In this document: positions 10,054 to 19,554 of the stretch, one piece after another
Position numbering within the stretch: the first letter of the stretch is position 1
How the letters are laid out: each line of letters opens with the position of its first letter
DNA from: an uncultured Spirochaetota bacterium
GTDB taxonomy: Bacteria > Spirochaetota > Spirochaetia > SZUA-6 > Fen-1364
Assembly: GCA_963781885.1 (NCBI GenBank)
Contig: CAWAHW010000006.1
Coordinates: 288,001 to 352,000, forward strand
Reading direction: 5' to 3'
DNA: 64,000 nt
Position numbers and translations under genes: made by a program
Notes under the pieces: generated by a model
Told to the model about the DNA's origin: nothing
The model's input: the letters and a program-made list of their open reading frames with translations, nothing else
Databases searched by the model: none

Positions 10054-10227
10054 ACCTTCGCCGCAGCGTGCGGCCGCCAACTGTTTGTCTGAAATACCTG
10101 AAATAGCATTTCACTATTGCCTTTTTGATATATAGCTTATCCGTGATATGTTATTGAGTACAGGCGACGGACGCAAGCCCCGGGGCGGTGCGCACGACAG
10201 GTGCGCTGTCGTCAGAAGGACGGTGCG

Positions 10228-12417
10228 ATGAGCAAGGCATTTGTTGTTCTCTTCTGCTGTGTCGTGACATTCGGCATTGGGGCGCAAGCCGCCGCGCCGA
10301 ACGCACAAGCCCTGCCGAACACGGCAGCGCCGGCCGCGGCACCTTCTTCCGCCGCCGGCACACCGCTGAAGTTTTCCCCGTTCTGGATCGAGCTCTCTCC
10401 CACGGTCACCTTCCCCCTGGGCGACAGCGCGATGGACTTCGGCTTCGGCGGCGGTGGCTCGCTCCTGATGGAGTACCGCCTTCCCTTCCTGCCCGTGGCA
10501 TCGCTTCGCACCAACCTGGAATACGGCTACTATCCCATCCCCGCCCGGGAGACGGTTTCCTTTGCGTCGGCAGGAGCCGGCGTCGCCCTGGCCTACAACA
10601 TCGCCCCCTTCCTGGGCATCAAGGCGTACGCCGACGGGGGAGCCACGTACGGTTTTTTCAATACGACTTTTGAAGGCTACTGGAACCCCTACGTGCAGGG
10701 TGGGCTCGGCCTGTACCTGTCCTTCCCGCCTGGATTCGTCATCAACATCGGCGGGACATTCCTTTACCAGATAGGGCTTTACATGGGCGTTGGGGCCACG
10801 CTGGGCGCCTCCATCGGCCTCGGCACCCCGGTCACCGTGCAGACCTTCGCGCCGAAATCCGCGCGTCTCCCTCCGAAGGCCCAGCCGCTGGTCAAGCAGG
10901 GCTCGGGCCTGGAGCTGAGCCAGGCGAATATCTCCGACATCTACCCCGTGTTCTACAAGTTCTACGACGACCATCCCATCGGCACGGCCGTCCTCCACAA
11001 CTGGGAAAGGTCGGCCGTCACGAACGTCTCCGTGAGCGTCTGGGTGAAGGACTACATGAGCGACCCCAAGGAGGTGAAGGGGCCGGACCGGATAGAGCCG
11101 GGCAAGGACGCAGACGTTGACCTGTACGGATTGTTCCGCAAAGATATCCTGGACAACACGGAGGACACGAAAGTCTCCGCCACCATCTCGCTGCACTACA
11201 CGCTGAATGGCAAGGACGTGAGCAAGGACACGGTGGAAACCATCAGGGTCCTGAAGCGCAACTCCCTCACCTGGGACGATGACCGCAAGGCGGCCGCCTT
11301 TGTGTCGCCGAACGATCCCACGGCGGCGAAATTCGCCAAGAACGTCGCCTCCGCCATCAGCGGAAAGGGGAATACCGCGGTGGAGCCGAACGTACGCATG
11401 GCGGCGGCCATCCACGACGCTCTCACCCTCTACGGCCTCACCTATTCCACGGACCCCGTTGCGACGCTGAACTCCGACAACAAGACCGTTGACTACATCC
11501 AGTTCCCGCAGCAAACGCTCGACTACAAGAGCGGCAAGTGCAGCGACTTCTCGGCGCTGTACGCCTCCATGTTCGAAGCGGTGGGCCTGGAGACTGCCTT
11601 CATCACGATTCCGGGCCACATCTACATGGCGGTCGCGCTCAGCCTGAGCCCGGACGACGCCCGCGCGGCGTTCACGCACCGGGACGACCTGATCTTCAAG
11701 GACAAGAAGGTGTGGCTGCCCATAGAGATCACGCTGCGCGACGGCGGATTCGTGAAGGCATGGCAGCTCGGCGCCAAGGAATGGCGCGAAAACCTGGCGA
11801 AGAACCAGGCGGTTCTCTACCCGCTGCACGACGCATGGAAGGTGTACGAGCCGGTGGGATTTGCCGCCACCGCCTCCGATGTGCAGATTCCTGCCAATGA
11901 CCTGATTGCGAAGGCGATGGCGACCGACCTCGACGCTTTCGTGCAGGGGGAGATGGGAACACAGGAGCTCGCGCTCAAGGCCGCCGTCACGAAGGCGACC
12001 ACCGTTGCCGCGAAGTCCAAGGCCGTGAACAGCCTTGCGGTCCTGCACTCCCGGTTCGGCCTCCTGGACCAGGCCATCGGCGAGTTCACCCAGGTCCTCG
12101 CGAAGGACGAGTACGTGCCGGCCCTGGTGAATCTGGGCAACATCTACTTCCTGCGGGCCAGTTACGACAAAGCCCTCGAGTACTACAACCGGGCGTCCAA
12201 GAAGGCGCCGAAAAACCCGACGGTGCTTCTCAGCATCGCGCGGGCGAATCATGCGCTGGAGAACTACTCCATCGCCAAGGCCGCGTATGCCGACCTGCAG
12301 GCAGTCGCGCCGGACCTTGCTCAACAATTCGCCTACCTCGACCTTCGGGGCGAGGAGGCCACGCGCGCCGCGGACGTGAGCGGCGTCCTGGGGACGGTGG
12401 TATGGTCAGATCAGTAA
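10228..12417 (+). CDS. exported protein: predicted OM beta-barrel + Ig-like + transglutaminase-like Cys domain + TPR
   Basis: Signal peptide; alternating Gly/aromatic strands; DYIQFPQQTL..KSGKCSD, IPGHIY, WLPIEIT; TPR-like ALVNLGNIYF..YDKALEYY. Confidence 0.75.
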   Translation: MSKAFVVLFCCVVTFGIGAQAAAPNAQALPNTAAPAAAPSSAAGTPLKFSPFWIELSPTVTFPLGDSAMDFGFGGGGSLLMEYRLPFLPVASLRTNLEYGYYPIPARETVSFASAGAGVALAYNIAPFLGIKAYADGGATYGFFNTTFEGYWNPYVQGGLGLYLSFPPGFVINIGGTFLYQIGLYMGVGATLGASIGLGTPVTVQTFAPKSARLPPKAQPLVKQGSGLELSQANISDIYPVFYKFYDDHPIGTAVLHNWERSAVTNVSVSVWVKDYMSDPKEVKGPDRIEPGKDADVDLYGLFRKDILDNTEDTKVSATISLHYTLNGKDVSKDTVETIRVLKRNSLTWDDDRKAAAFVSPNDPTAAKFAKNVASAISGKGNTAVEPNVRMAAAIHDALTLYGLTYSTDPVATLNSDNKTVDYIQFPQQTLDYKSGKCSDFSALYASMFEAVGLETAFITIPGHIYMAVALSLSPDDARAAFTHRDDLIFKDKKVWLPIEITLRDGGFVKAWQLGAKEWRENLAKNQAVLYPLHDAWKVYEPVGFAATASDVQIPANDLIAKAMATDLDAFVQGEMGTQELALKAAVTKATTVAAKSKAVNSLAVLHSRFGLLDQAIGEFTQVLAKDEYVPALVNLGNIYFLRASYDKALEYYNRASKKAPKNPTVLLSIARANHALENYSIAKAAYADLQAVAPDLAQQFAYLDLRGEEATRAADVSGVLGTVVWSDQ

Positions 12418-14258
12418 GAATCACATTTGCCGCGGGTGCGGCGGCGTGCTGTATTGCCTTGTCGGGATGTCCGAGCCCCCTCCTGGCCCGGATCAAGCAG
12501 GAGATCGCGAAGTTTCCCTTCACGGCCACGAGCTACACGTTTTCGACGCAGTGGGGGAACCCGAGCCCGCAGTATTCCTTCGGGGCGGCCGTAGTAAAGG
12601 CGGACACCGCCGGATACGTCTATGTTGCCGACAACACGTTCCGGATAAGGAAGTTCGACTCCACCGGGGCCATACAGAAGACCTATGACGTCCCCGCGAG
12701 CGGAGGCCTCAACGCCGCGGTCAGGGACATGGCCTTCGATGCGAGCGGCAACATGTATGTCGCCACGTATGCCACTTCGAACGGAACGAGCCAGATCCTT
12801 AAGTTCGATGTTTCCGGCAATAATCTTAACTGGACACCAAGTGCCACGATCACGACTGCAACCGCGCTTGCCGTTGACTCATCCGGAAATCTGTACGTGG
12901 TCGACAGCGGCAAGACTCCACCCCAGGTTATGGTATTCAGTCCAGCGGGAACCCTGATCACCTCCTGGACCGGCAAGGGGAATCCCCAGACAGGCGCGTC
13001 CGATTTCAACACGCCGACAGGGATTGCGATCGACTACTGGGGCAAAGTTTACGTCATTGACTATACGACCGGCGGCACAATCAGGAAGTTCGACCCCAAT
13101 GGCGGCCTCTACGCGACGAGCTATTCGAGCTTTGGTGCCTTTACAATCGGCGATCCCACTGCACTCTCCGTTGACGCTTCGTCTTCGCCGACGTTCTATA
13201 TCGCGGACTCCCTCAACAGCCGGATCGTCAAGACGGACCTGGGATCCAACAACTCCACCTTTGGCAGCAGCGGTGCAGGGAACGGGCAGTTCACGACCCT
13301 TGCCGGTGTCGCCGTCGATTCTTCCGGCAACGTGTACGTAACCGATTCTCCCAACGGCACCAATCTTGGCGATACGTCGCGCGTGCAGAAATTCAACAGC
13401 GCCGGGGCCTGGACGGCAACCTGGGGTGGCACTGCCCTGGCGGGGAACGGCCAGTTCAACGCCCCTGACGGAGCGGCGTACGACTCGTCGGGCAACCTGT
13501 ACGTCGTGGACGTGAACAATCACCGGGTCCAGAAATTCGACCCGACAGGTGCATACCTTGGACAGTGGGGCACCCCCTCAACCTACACCCCCGCCCTCGG
13601 GTCGATCGCGGTGGACTCGGCAGGCAATGTGTATCTCCCGGACACCGGAGGCACGCCCAGCATCCATATGTTGGACTCGTCCCTCAACCCAGTGAGAAAC
13701 ATCGGCGCAGGAACTTTAAGCAGCCCGGAAGGCGTTGCTCTCGATTCCGCGGGGAACGTCTACGTTGCCGACGCCAACAAAGAAGCGGTTTTCATATTCG
13801 ACCCCAACGGCTACGCGCATAGCCCGGCAAGCTTTGGGACGTTTGGCGCCGCAGACGGCCAGTTCGAACTGCCCGTCGGTATCGCCGTCGACAGTGGGGG
13901 CAATATCTATGTCGCCGATCTGGACATATTCCAGGCGAAGACGAACCTGATACAGAAATTCGACAAGAATGGCAATTTTGTGAAGTCCTGGGGGACGCGC
14001 GGGGCGGGTGACGGCCAAATCTACTATGCCATTGGCCTCGCAATCGACAAGTACGACAATGTCTACGCCACTGACTTCGTCAACAGGCGTGTCGAGAAAT
14101 TCGATTCAAATGGCACCTTCCTCACCAAGTTTGGAAGCGTCGGGGTGGGCAATGGAACATTCGGCTGGCCATTCAATGTTGCCGTCAATTCCACCGGCAC
14201 AGTCGCCGTGGCCGATTTGACGAACGACCTTGTTCAGTTGATGACGCCCTCGCCATAG
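12402..14258 (+). CDS. NHL-repeat (beta-propeller) lipoprotein
   Basis: Lipobox LSGC; about 12 repeats of GQF..P.GIAVDSSGNVYV.D..N.RVQKF; overlaps the upstream gene by 16 nt. Confidence 0.9.
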   Translation: MVRSVRITFAAGAAACCIALSGCPSPLLARIKQEIAKFPFTATSYTFSTQWGNPSPQYSFGAAVVKADTAGYVYVADNTFRIRKFDSTGAIQKTYDVPASGGLNAAVRDMAFDASGNMYVATYATSNGTSQILKFDVSGNNLNWTPSATITTATALAVDSSGNLYVVDSGKTPPQVMVFSPAGTLITSWTGKGNPQTGASDFNTPTGIAIDYWGKVYVIDYTTGGTIRKFDPNGGLYATSYSSFGAFTIGDPTALSVDASSSPTFYIADSLNSRIVKTDLGSNNSTFGSSGAGNGQFTTLAGVAVDSSGNVYVTDSPNGTNLGDTSRVQKFNSAGAWTATWGGTALAGNGQFNAPDGAAYDSSGNLYVVDVNNHRVQKFDPTGAYLGQWGTPSTYTPALGSIAVDSAGNVYLPDTGGTPSIHMLDSSLNPVRNIGAGTLSSPEGVALDSAGNVYVADANKEAVFIFDPNGYAHSPASFGTFGAADGQFELPVGIAVDSGGNIYVADLDIFQAKTNLIQKFDKNGNFVKSWGTRGAGDGQIYYAIGLAIDKYDNVYATDFVNRRVEKFDSNGTFLTKFGSVGVGNGTFGWPFNVAVNSTGTVAVADLTNDLVQLMTPSP

Positions 14259-14478
14259 CGGGAAAAGGGAGATAATGTCAAAGGGGTGCTTCGAGGCGGC
14301 CTGACTTTCGATTTCTCCGCAGGTGGTCTTCCGGTCACCATCTGATTCTGGACGCGGTGGTAATGCGACGAGCAAACGTCGATGGTTTGGCTCTGTCCAA
14401 TATCCATTTCAACAAATATCAGTTTCGCCTTCTGGATCAGGCTAGACAAGTTTACGCGCCGAGGACCACGGACTATCG

Positions 14479-14507
14479 TTGCGGAGCTCTGGCAGAGGTG
14501 CTATAAT
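14479..14507 (+). promoter_or_regulatory. sigma70 promoter with extended -10
   Basis: TTGCGG, 17 nt, TGcTATAAT; about 185 nt upstream of ATG 14694. Confidence 0.7.
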
Positions 14508-14693
14508 GCCATCAGTACGTCAATGATATCATCTGTCGGTATTGGAAATTTGTTTGCGTCGCGATTTCCTTCCGTGACGAATATGTCTTGCACGGGACCA
14601 CCTGCAAGTCCACTAATCAGCTGAACGTGCGTTTCAGAGGCTGGCCACAGGGCCTTGAAGTGTATTGAAAAGGAATATTGCCACGGAGGTCGT

Positions 14694-15668
14694 ATGAAAA
14701 AGCTCTTGCTCGCTTTCTTGATGATTGCAATTGTTCTCAGCTTCTCAACGTGCAAGTTCATTGACTCGATCTTTTTCGTCGCATCAAGTGTTTCCCCGAG
14801 TGATCTTCCAAGCTATACGGGCACACCCCCGACCACCCGCGTACAAGCCATACAATCTTTTGGCACTGGCGGAATGCTGGCGTTTGAGGCAATCGGCAAA
14901 GATATGGCGCAACGGCAGGAGTTCCAGAACTTCGGCAAATCCGTACCCATGTGGTTCTTTGGAAACACCCCGACTGGAAAACTGATACAGAAGGCCATCG
15001 CAAATAAACTTGCGCGCACAATCACGCTTACGGGCTCCGGCTTCAGCTCCGCCGATCTCAATACGGTTGCGAACAAGGAGATCCATCTCGATATCGAGAA
15101 CGAGAATGTAAACAACTCAAATGTGGATTCAAGCGGCGTGTCAGGCGCAATAGTCATCGACAAGTGCAAGGTCGACATCGTGGGCACGGCGAATGGGCTT
15201 TCGTCCAGCCATCCGCCGACATCCGTCGATCTCACGCAGGGAGATGCCGATGTCTCTGTCACGGTGACCAATTTCAAGGACACGAATTGGGACCCCAACA
15301 TAACGGTCAACGGCGCCAAGATCGGCTTGAAGTTCAAATCGACTGGCAACGCGACACTCAACTCGTCGACAGGCGCCCCGACGGACCTCACGTGGGACGT
15401 CTCGGCAAGCATGAAGGCAGGCATTTCCGTTACCGACACCTTGTCGGGCGACTACAGCGGAAAATACATTCTTGAGCTGAGCTACTACGACAACGGAAGC
15501 CTCACATCGTCAGATCTCAGCAGCACGGATCCGTATGCCGCGATCGGCAAGATCACTTTCAGCCTCTCGATCAAGAGCTATGACAACAGCAATAACCTGC
15601 TGAACTCATGGACATTCGATCAGAGCGACCTACAAGACGAACTCGAAAGTATGAATTCCCCATCCTGA
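14694..15668 (+). CDS. hypothetical beta-rich lipoprotein
   Basis: SD GGAGG; MKK-hydrophobic-SFSTC lipobox; rich in S/T/N/D. Confidence 0.8.
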   Translation: MKKLLLAFLMIAIVLSFSTCKFIDSIFFVASSVSPSDLPSYTGTPPTTRVQAIQSFGTGGMLAFEAIGKDMAQRQEFQNFGKSVPMWFFGNTPTGKLIQKAIANKLARTITLTGSGFSSADLNTVANKEIHLDIENENVNNSNVDSSGVSGAIVIDKCKVDIVGTANGLSSSHPPTSVDLTQGDADVSVTVTNFKDTNWDPNITVNGAKIGLKFKSTGNATLNSSTGAPTDLTWDVSASMKAGISVTDTLSGDYSGKYILELSYYDNGSLTSSDLSSTDPYAAIGKITFSLSIKSYDNSNNLLNSWTFDQSDLQDELESMNSPS

Positions 15669-15691
15669 GGTCCGCCAGTCGCCAGTGTTTG

Positions 15692-15721
15692 AAAAGGCCG
15701 CGCCCGAAGCGCGGCCTTTTT
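15692..15721. terminator. bidirectional intrinsic terminator
   Basis: AAAAGGCCGCGC-CCGAA-GCGCGGCCTTTT(T) between convergent genes. Confidence 0.85.
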
Positions 15722-15884
15722 GGTGTGCAGCGGGCTACTGGCCGATAAGCCCATATCCAGGTTACTTCGGATCTGCTAACCACCCCCAGTACGCTCAAGC
15801 GCCGCGTGCGCAACTCGCAGGGGCGGTGGTGTGACGACAGGGAATGCCCGTGAGGGTCAACCGAGGTAAGGGGCAGCGCTCCCT

Positions 15885-16316
15885 CTACCTGATGATATTC
15901 GTGAGGTTGGACTGGCTCGTGCCGAGCCAGAGCTGCTCGATCCGGTAGTCGTCCGTCCCGTATATCTCCATGACGAACTTGATAGCGGGTGATCCGGTGC
16001 CGAATGCCGCTGGCCCGGTGATGACGGCCGTTACATTTGTCGGGTCCGTCTCGTCGATGCTGCTCAGGGAGTAGGCGGTGTCGCTGTTGACGAGTGGGAA
16101 CGGGGTCGTCCAGTCGAAATTGGGGAGCGTCGAATAATCCTGCGTATCCGTTGGGTGGAAGTTGCCCTGCATATCCGACCGGGTGGAGGAGTTGAGGCTC
16201 GACAGAAAGTCGTTGAGCCTGTCGTCGATGGTAACTGGCGCCACGCCGCAACTGATGACAGCCAGCGCCACAACTGTTGCAAGGGCAATCAGCCCGACAA
16301 TGCGCTTTGCACCCAT
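15885..16316 (-). CDS. hypothetical lipoprotein (possible NTF2-like fold)
   Basis: SD AGGAGG; lipobox VISC. Confidence 0.75.
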   Translation of the reverse strand: MGAKRIVGLIALATVVALAVISCGVAPVTIDDRLNDFLSSLNSSTRSDMQGNFHPTDTQDYSTLPNFDWTTPFPLVNSDTAYSLSSIDETDPTNVTAVITGPAAFGTGSPAIKFVMEIYGTDDYRIEQLWLGTSQSNLTNIIR

Positions 16317-16330
16317 GGAATCCCTCCTGT

Positions 16331-17347
16331 TCATATGTTGGCCTCAACAAGGTGAGGGGCTATCGATTCTTCGAACTCCGAAAGCAGACTGTGATAGCTC
16401 GAAAGAAATCCCGTCCAAACTGGATCGTCCGGTAGAGTGATGAACTTGGCTTTCAGCAAGACGTACAGACGTCCGGCGACGAACCGACGCAGGGAAAGAG
16501 CCGCGAGGCTCGAATAGGCAAGATTGAGCGATAGATTCGCCGTTTGAATCATCAGCGGGAAAACAACCTCCTGGGAGTATTTCGTCCCTTCATCCTTGCC
16601 CTTGTCGTTGGTGATGGCGATGGCGTTCTGCCGTTCGACGTCCAGCTTCTGCCTGTATTCCGTGAAAAGTGACGCGTAGTCGTTGACGTCCTTTATGTAT
16701 CCCGCCATCGCGGTGTCGATGTTTGCCATGGCCGTCTCAGGATCGGCCAGCATGGCCTGCAATTTGTCCTCATTCCACGTGCTGTAATTTATCTGATCCC
16801 TTTGAACGGTGAATTTGTCGCCCGGCGGCTTTCCCAGGGGAACCTCAACGCCTTCATTTGAAGTGAGCGCCACCGTCTGGCCGGCCGCCTCCACCTGGAC
16901 CTGCCCCGCGTCCACGGTGAACAGGGTGGAGCCGTCCGCGCCGGCGAAGACCGTGAAATCGGTGCCGCGGACTCCGGCAAGAGCGCCGTTCGTGCGCACC
17001 TGCGGCTCGGTTCCGGTGAGCTTGTCGTAGTGGAACTTGATGGAGCCCAGTGTCACGGACAGGACGGACGTGGACTGGTTGCCCTGCGCCTTTTCCATGA
17101 GCGTGAACACCGTGTTGCGGGCGACCTTGATGGTGACGCCCTTCTGGTCCAGCTCCGCCTGACCGTCCCCGCCGGTCTTCAGCATGTCGCCCGTGTTTAA
17201 AACGGCCCCAATCTCCGCGTCCTTCTGCGTGCCGTTCTTAAGCCGCACGCTCGCATCCCCTTCCGTGTACGTGATGTCAGCGGGAATTGCGGAGATTGAA
17301 AGTGCGCCTGCAATCAAGAACACTGCGACAAAGATTCCTCTTTTCAT
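16331..17347 (-). CDS. FecR-domain exported protein with helical C-terminus
   Basis: Signal peptide; ITYTEGD, GDMLKTG.DG.AEL, VRT.GALAGVRGTDF.V, V..G.V.V. Confidence 0.85.
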   Translation of the reverse strand: MKRGIFVAVFLIAGALSISAIPADITYTEGDASVRLKNGTQKDAEIGAVLNTGDMLKTGGDGQAELDQKGVTIKVARNTVFTLMEKAQGNQSTSVLSVTLGSIKFHYDKLTGTEPQVRTNGALAGVRGTDFTVFAGADGSTLFTVDAGQVQVEAAGQTVALTSNEGVEVPLGKPPGDKFTVQRDQINYSTWNEDKLQAMLADPETAMANIDTAMAGYIKDVNDYASLFTEYRQKLDVERQNAIAITNDKGKDEGTKYSQEVVFPLMIQTANLSLNLAYSSLAALSLRRFVAGRLYVLLKAKFITLPDDPVWTGFLSSYHSLLSEFEESIAPHLVEANI

Positions 17348-17348
17348 C

Positions 17349-17819
17349 TCAGTAGGGCCCCTTGAGCCCGATGACCTTCCACTGGAACCAGTCGCTTTTT
17401 ACCAGGAGGAGAACGTGCGTCCCCGTGCCCGTGGCAAGCTCCAGGATGCGGGACCCGCTTTTCACGTAGCGGGAGAAAAAGGCCTTCACTTCCATCGTGT
17501 CGGCGAATTTCTGGTAGCTCAGCGGGCCTACGGCTGCGCCCGCATCCAGTGTCGCGTTGTCCATCCGGAAGCCCGCTTTCAGGACGCCGTTCCAGAAGTC
17601 CGCGACGTCGGAGGGGATGAGGACGATTTCTCCATCGAGCAGGAAGGGGGTGACGCTGCGGGCGGCGAGCGCCGGGGCATTGGCAGCCTTCATTTCCCCC
17701 GTCACCTGGCGCACCGCGCCTTCGTCACCCCAGCGCTGAAAGGTCGCGCATGAGGCAAGGGAAAGTGCCGCCGCGCACGCAATGGCCGGCACAAGAAGCC
17801 GCAGCCGGTGCTTCTGCAT
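17349..17819 (-). CDS. hypothetical lipoprotein
   Basis: Lipobox LASC; PFLLDGEI motif; stop codon 1 nt from the FecR start. Confidence 0.75.
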   Translation of the reverse strand: MQKHRLRLLVPAIACAAALSLASCATFQRWGDEGAVRQVTGEMKAANAPALAARSVTPFLLDGEIVLIPSDVADFWNGVLKAGFRMDNATLDAGAAVGPLSYQKFADTMEVKAFFSRYVKSGSRILELATGTGTHVLLLVKSDWFQWKVIGLKGPY

Positions 17820-17913
17820 TTCCCAATAGTGCACGAGCGGAGGCCCGGAAATCAAGCCCATGTCTTCACACGGATGGCATCATGCGGTTATTTTTCATAC
17901 AAGGAGGTGGCCG

Positions 17914-18210
17914 ATGGATCCAGACACAAGATCGAAAGTCCAGGCCCTGATCGGCGATTTGAACGGGCTGAAATCGCGCAACCCGGAAGAATCGAAGTTC
18001 AAGGAATGGAAAGAGAAGACGGAGAAGAAGCTGGAGGAAGTCTTCGGCAAGGGCTCAGAGGCGGCGGGCAGATTCCACGCGCTGCGCTTCTTCGACTTCT
18101 CCCGGCGCGCGGGACCCCGGGATGCGCCGCTTGCCGAGGACGAAAGGGCCCTCTACCTGAAAGGACTGGAAGAGGCCCGCAGGCTCCTTTCCCACATCGC
18201 CGACACGTGA
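17914..18210 (+). CDS. small helical protein (98 aa)
   Basis: Strong SD AAGGAGG; F..W......L...FG..S....F..L.F...Y..GL..A..LL pattern. Confidence 0.8.
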   Translation: MDPDTRSKVQALIGDLNGLKSRNPEESKFKEWKEKTEKKLEEVFGKGSEAAGRFHALRFFDFSRRAGPRDAPLAEDERALYLKGLEEARRLLSHIADT

Positions 18211-18234
18211 CGCCGCCGGAGAATCGGGCATCCC

Positions 18235-19218
18235 TTACCAGCGCTGATGCACGTCCTCCCGGATGAGCCGGTCGTAGATGCCCCGCACCTGACGCATCAC
18301 CCCGCGGGACAGCCGCGGTGCGGCCACCGCGCCGCAATTATCCTCGACCTGCGCCGGGTTTTTCGCCCCGGGTATGGCACAGGAAACGGCGTCGTGCATC
18401 AGGATCCAGCGCAGCGCGAACTGCGGCATCGTCACGCCGCGGGGCAGTACCTGGCGGATCTCCTCCACCGCCTGCAGCCCGCGCGCGAAATCGACGCCCG
18501 CGAATGTCTCCCCGCGGTCGAATGACTGGCCCTTGCGGTTGAATGCGCGGTGATCGTCGGAGCTGAAGCGGGTTGCGCGCGACATCTTGCCGCTGAGCAG
18601 GCCGCTGGCAAGAGGCACGCGGACGATGACGCCGATCCAGTGCGACTTTGCCTCGCGGAAGAAAAGATCGGCCGGGCGCTGGCGGAAGATGTTGAAGATG
18701 ATCTGCACGGTCTTGACGCCAGGGTATTGGATGGCCTTCAGCGCTTCTTCCACCTTCTCCACGCTCACCCCGTAGTTCTTGAGCTTGCCCGCCGTCACCA
18801 TGCGGTCCAGGCCCTCGAAAACCTCGGGCGTGTAGAAGACCGGCGTGGGGGGGCAGTGGAGCTGGAGGAGGTCCAGCGCCTCCACCTTCAGGTTCCGCAG
18901 GCTGTCCTCCACGAACTTGCGCAGAGCGACCGGCGTGTACTTCTCCGCGACGTGCGGCGTGAGCTTGCGTCCCGCTTTGGTCGCCACGTAGATCGTTTCC
19001 GAGCGGTCGCGGAGGAGCTGCCCGATGAGCTTTTCACTGCGGCCGTTCCCGTAGACATCGGCGGTGTCGAAGAAATTGACCCCAAGATCGACCGCCTTGT
19101 TCAGGGCGGCCATCGACTCACGGTCGTCCACGGGGCCCCAGCTTGCACCAATGGCCCATGCGCCGAAGCTCACCTCGGAAACCTTCATACCCGTGCGACC
19201 CAGAAGACGGTAGTTCAT
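18235..19218 (-). CDS. aldo/keto reductase
   Basis: LGRTGMKVSEVSFGAW, GVNFFDTADVYG.G.SE, ATKAG, DLLQLH, IPGAKN. Confidence 0.95.
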   Translation of the reverse strand: MNYRLLGRTGMKVSEVSFGAWAIGASWGPVDDRESMAALNKAVDLGVNFFDTADVYGNGRSEKLIGQLLRDRSETIYVATKAGRKLTPHVAEKYTPVALRKFVEDSLRNLKVEALDLLQLHCPPTPVFYTPEVFEGLDRMVTAGKLKNYGVSVEKVEEALKAIQYPGVKTVQIIFNIFRQRPADLFFREAKSHWIGVIVRVPLASGLLSGKMSRATRFSSDDHRAFNRKGQSFDRGETFAGVDFARGLQAVEEIRQVLPRGVTMPQFALRWILMHDAVSCAIPGAKNPAQVEDNCGAVAAPRLSRGVMRQVRGIYDRLIREDVHQRW

Positions 19219-19221
19219 GGC

Positions 19222-19437
19222 TTACTCCGGTAAGAGAAGATTCTCCAGCCCCGCGGTGAGCATGACCGCGGGGATCGCAAGTCCGATGGCCGCGTGGGCG
19301 ACGCCCAGCCCGATCATCGTGTCATGGTCGCCCCGGCTCGCACCCTTGTTGCCGGGCATGGCCGTCGCGGCCTGGGCGAAGAGTGCCGACGGAAGCCCTG
19401 CCAGGATGGCAAGGCCCACGAAAGCGGCGCACGACAT
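19222..19437 (-). CDS. small hydrophobic hypothetical protein or gene remnant
   Basis: Two hydrophobic segments; ends 3 nt before the AKR start; start uncertain (19437 or 19461). Confidence 0.35.
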   Translation of the reverse strand: MSCAAFVGLAILAGLPSALFAQAATAMPGNKGASRGDHDTMIGLGVAHAAIGLAIPAVMLTAGLENLLLPE

Positions 19438-19554
19438 TTTCCTGCCGCCTTTGCATCCCATGAGGCGGAGAATATCACGGACGGTACGGAAATCAAGCTC
19501 CCGGGCCGCCGTCCCCGATGAAGAACGGCTGCAGCCCCACGCGATGCCGGCGCC

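Noticed and set aside
10170-10215. c-di-GMP-I riboswitch (GGACGCAAGCC resembles part of the motif)
   Set aside because: The GGCAAAC/GNRA-capped stem is missing
10114-12327. Long antisense ORF (737 aa) and similar shadow ORFs (e.g. 42421-44079, 43791-45452, 54401-55987)
   Set aside because: They mirror well-supported genes in high-GC DNA and carry no recognisable motifs
15725-15884. Possible ncRNA in the intergenic gap
   Set aside because: No recognisable promoter, tRNA fold or known RNA motif; only weak hairpins
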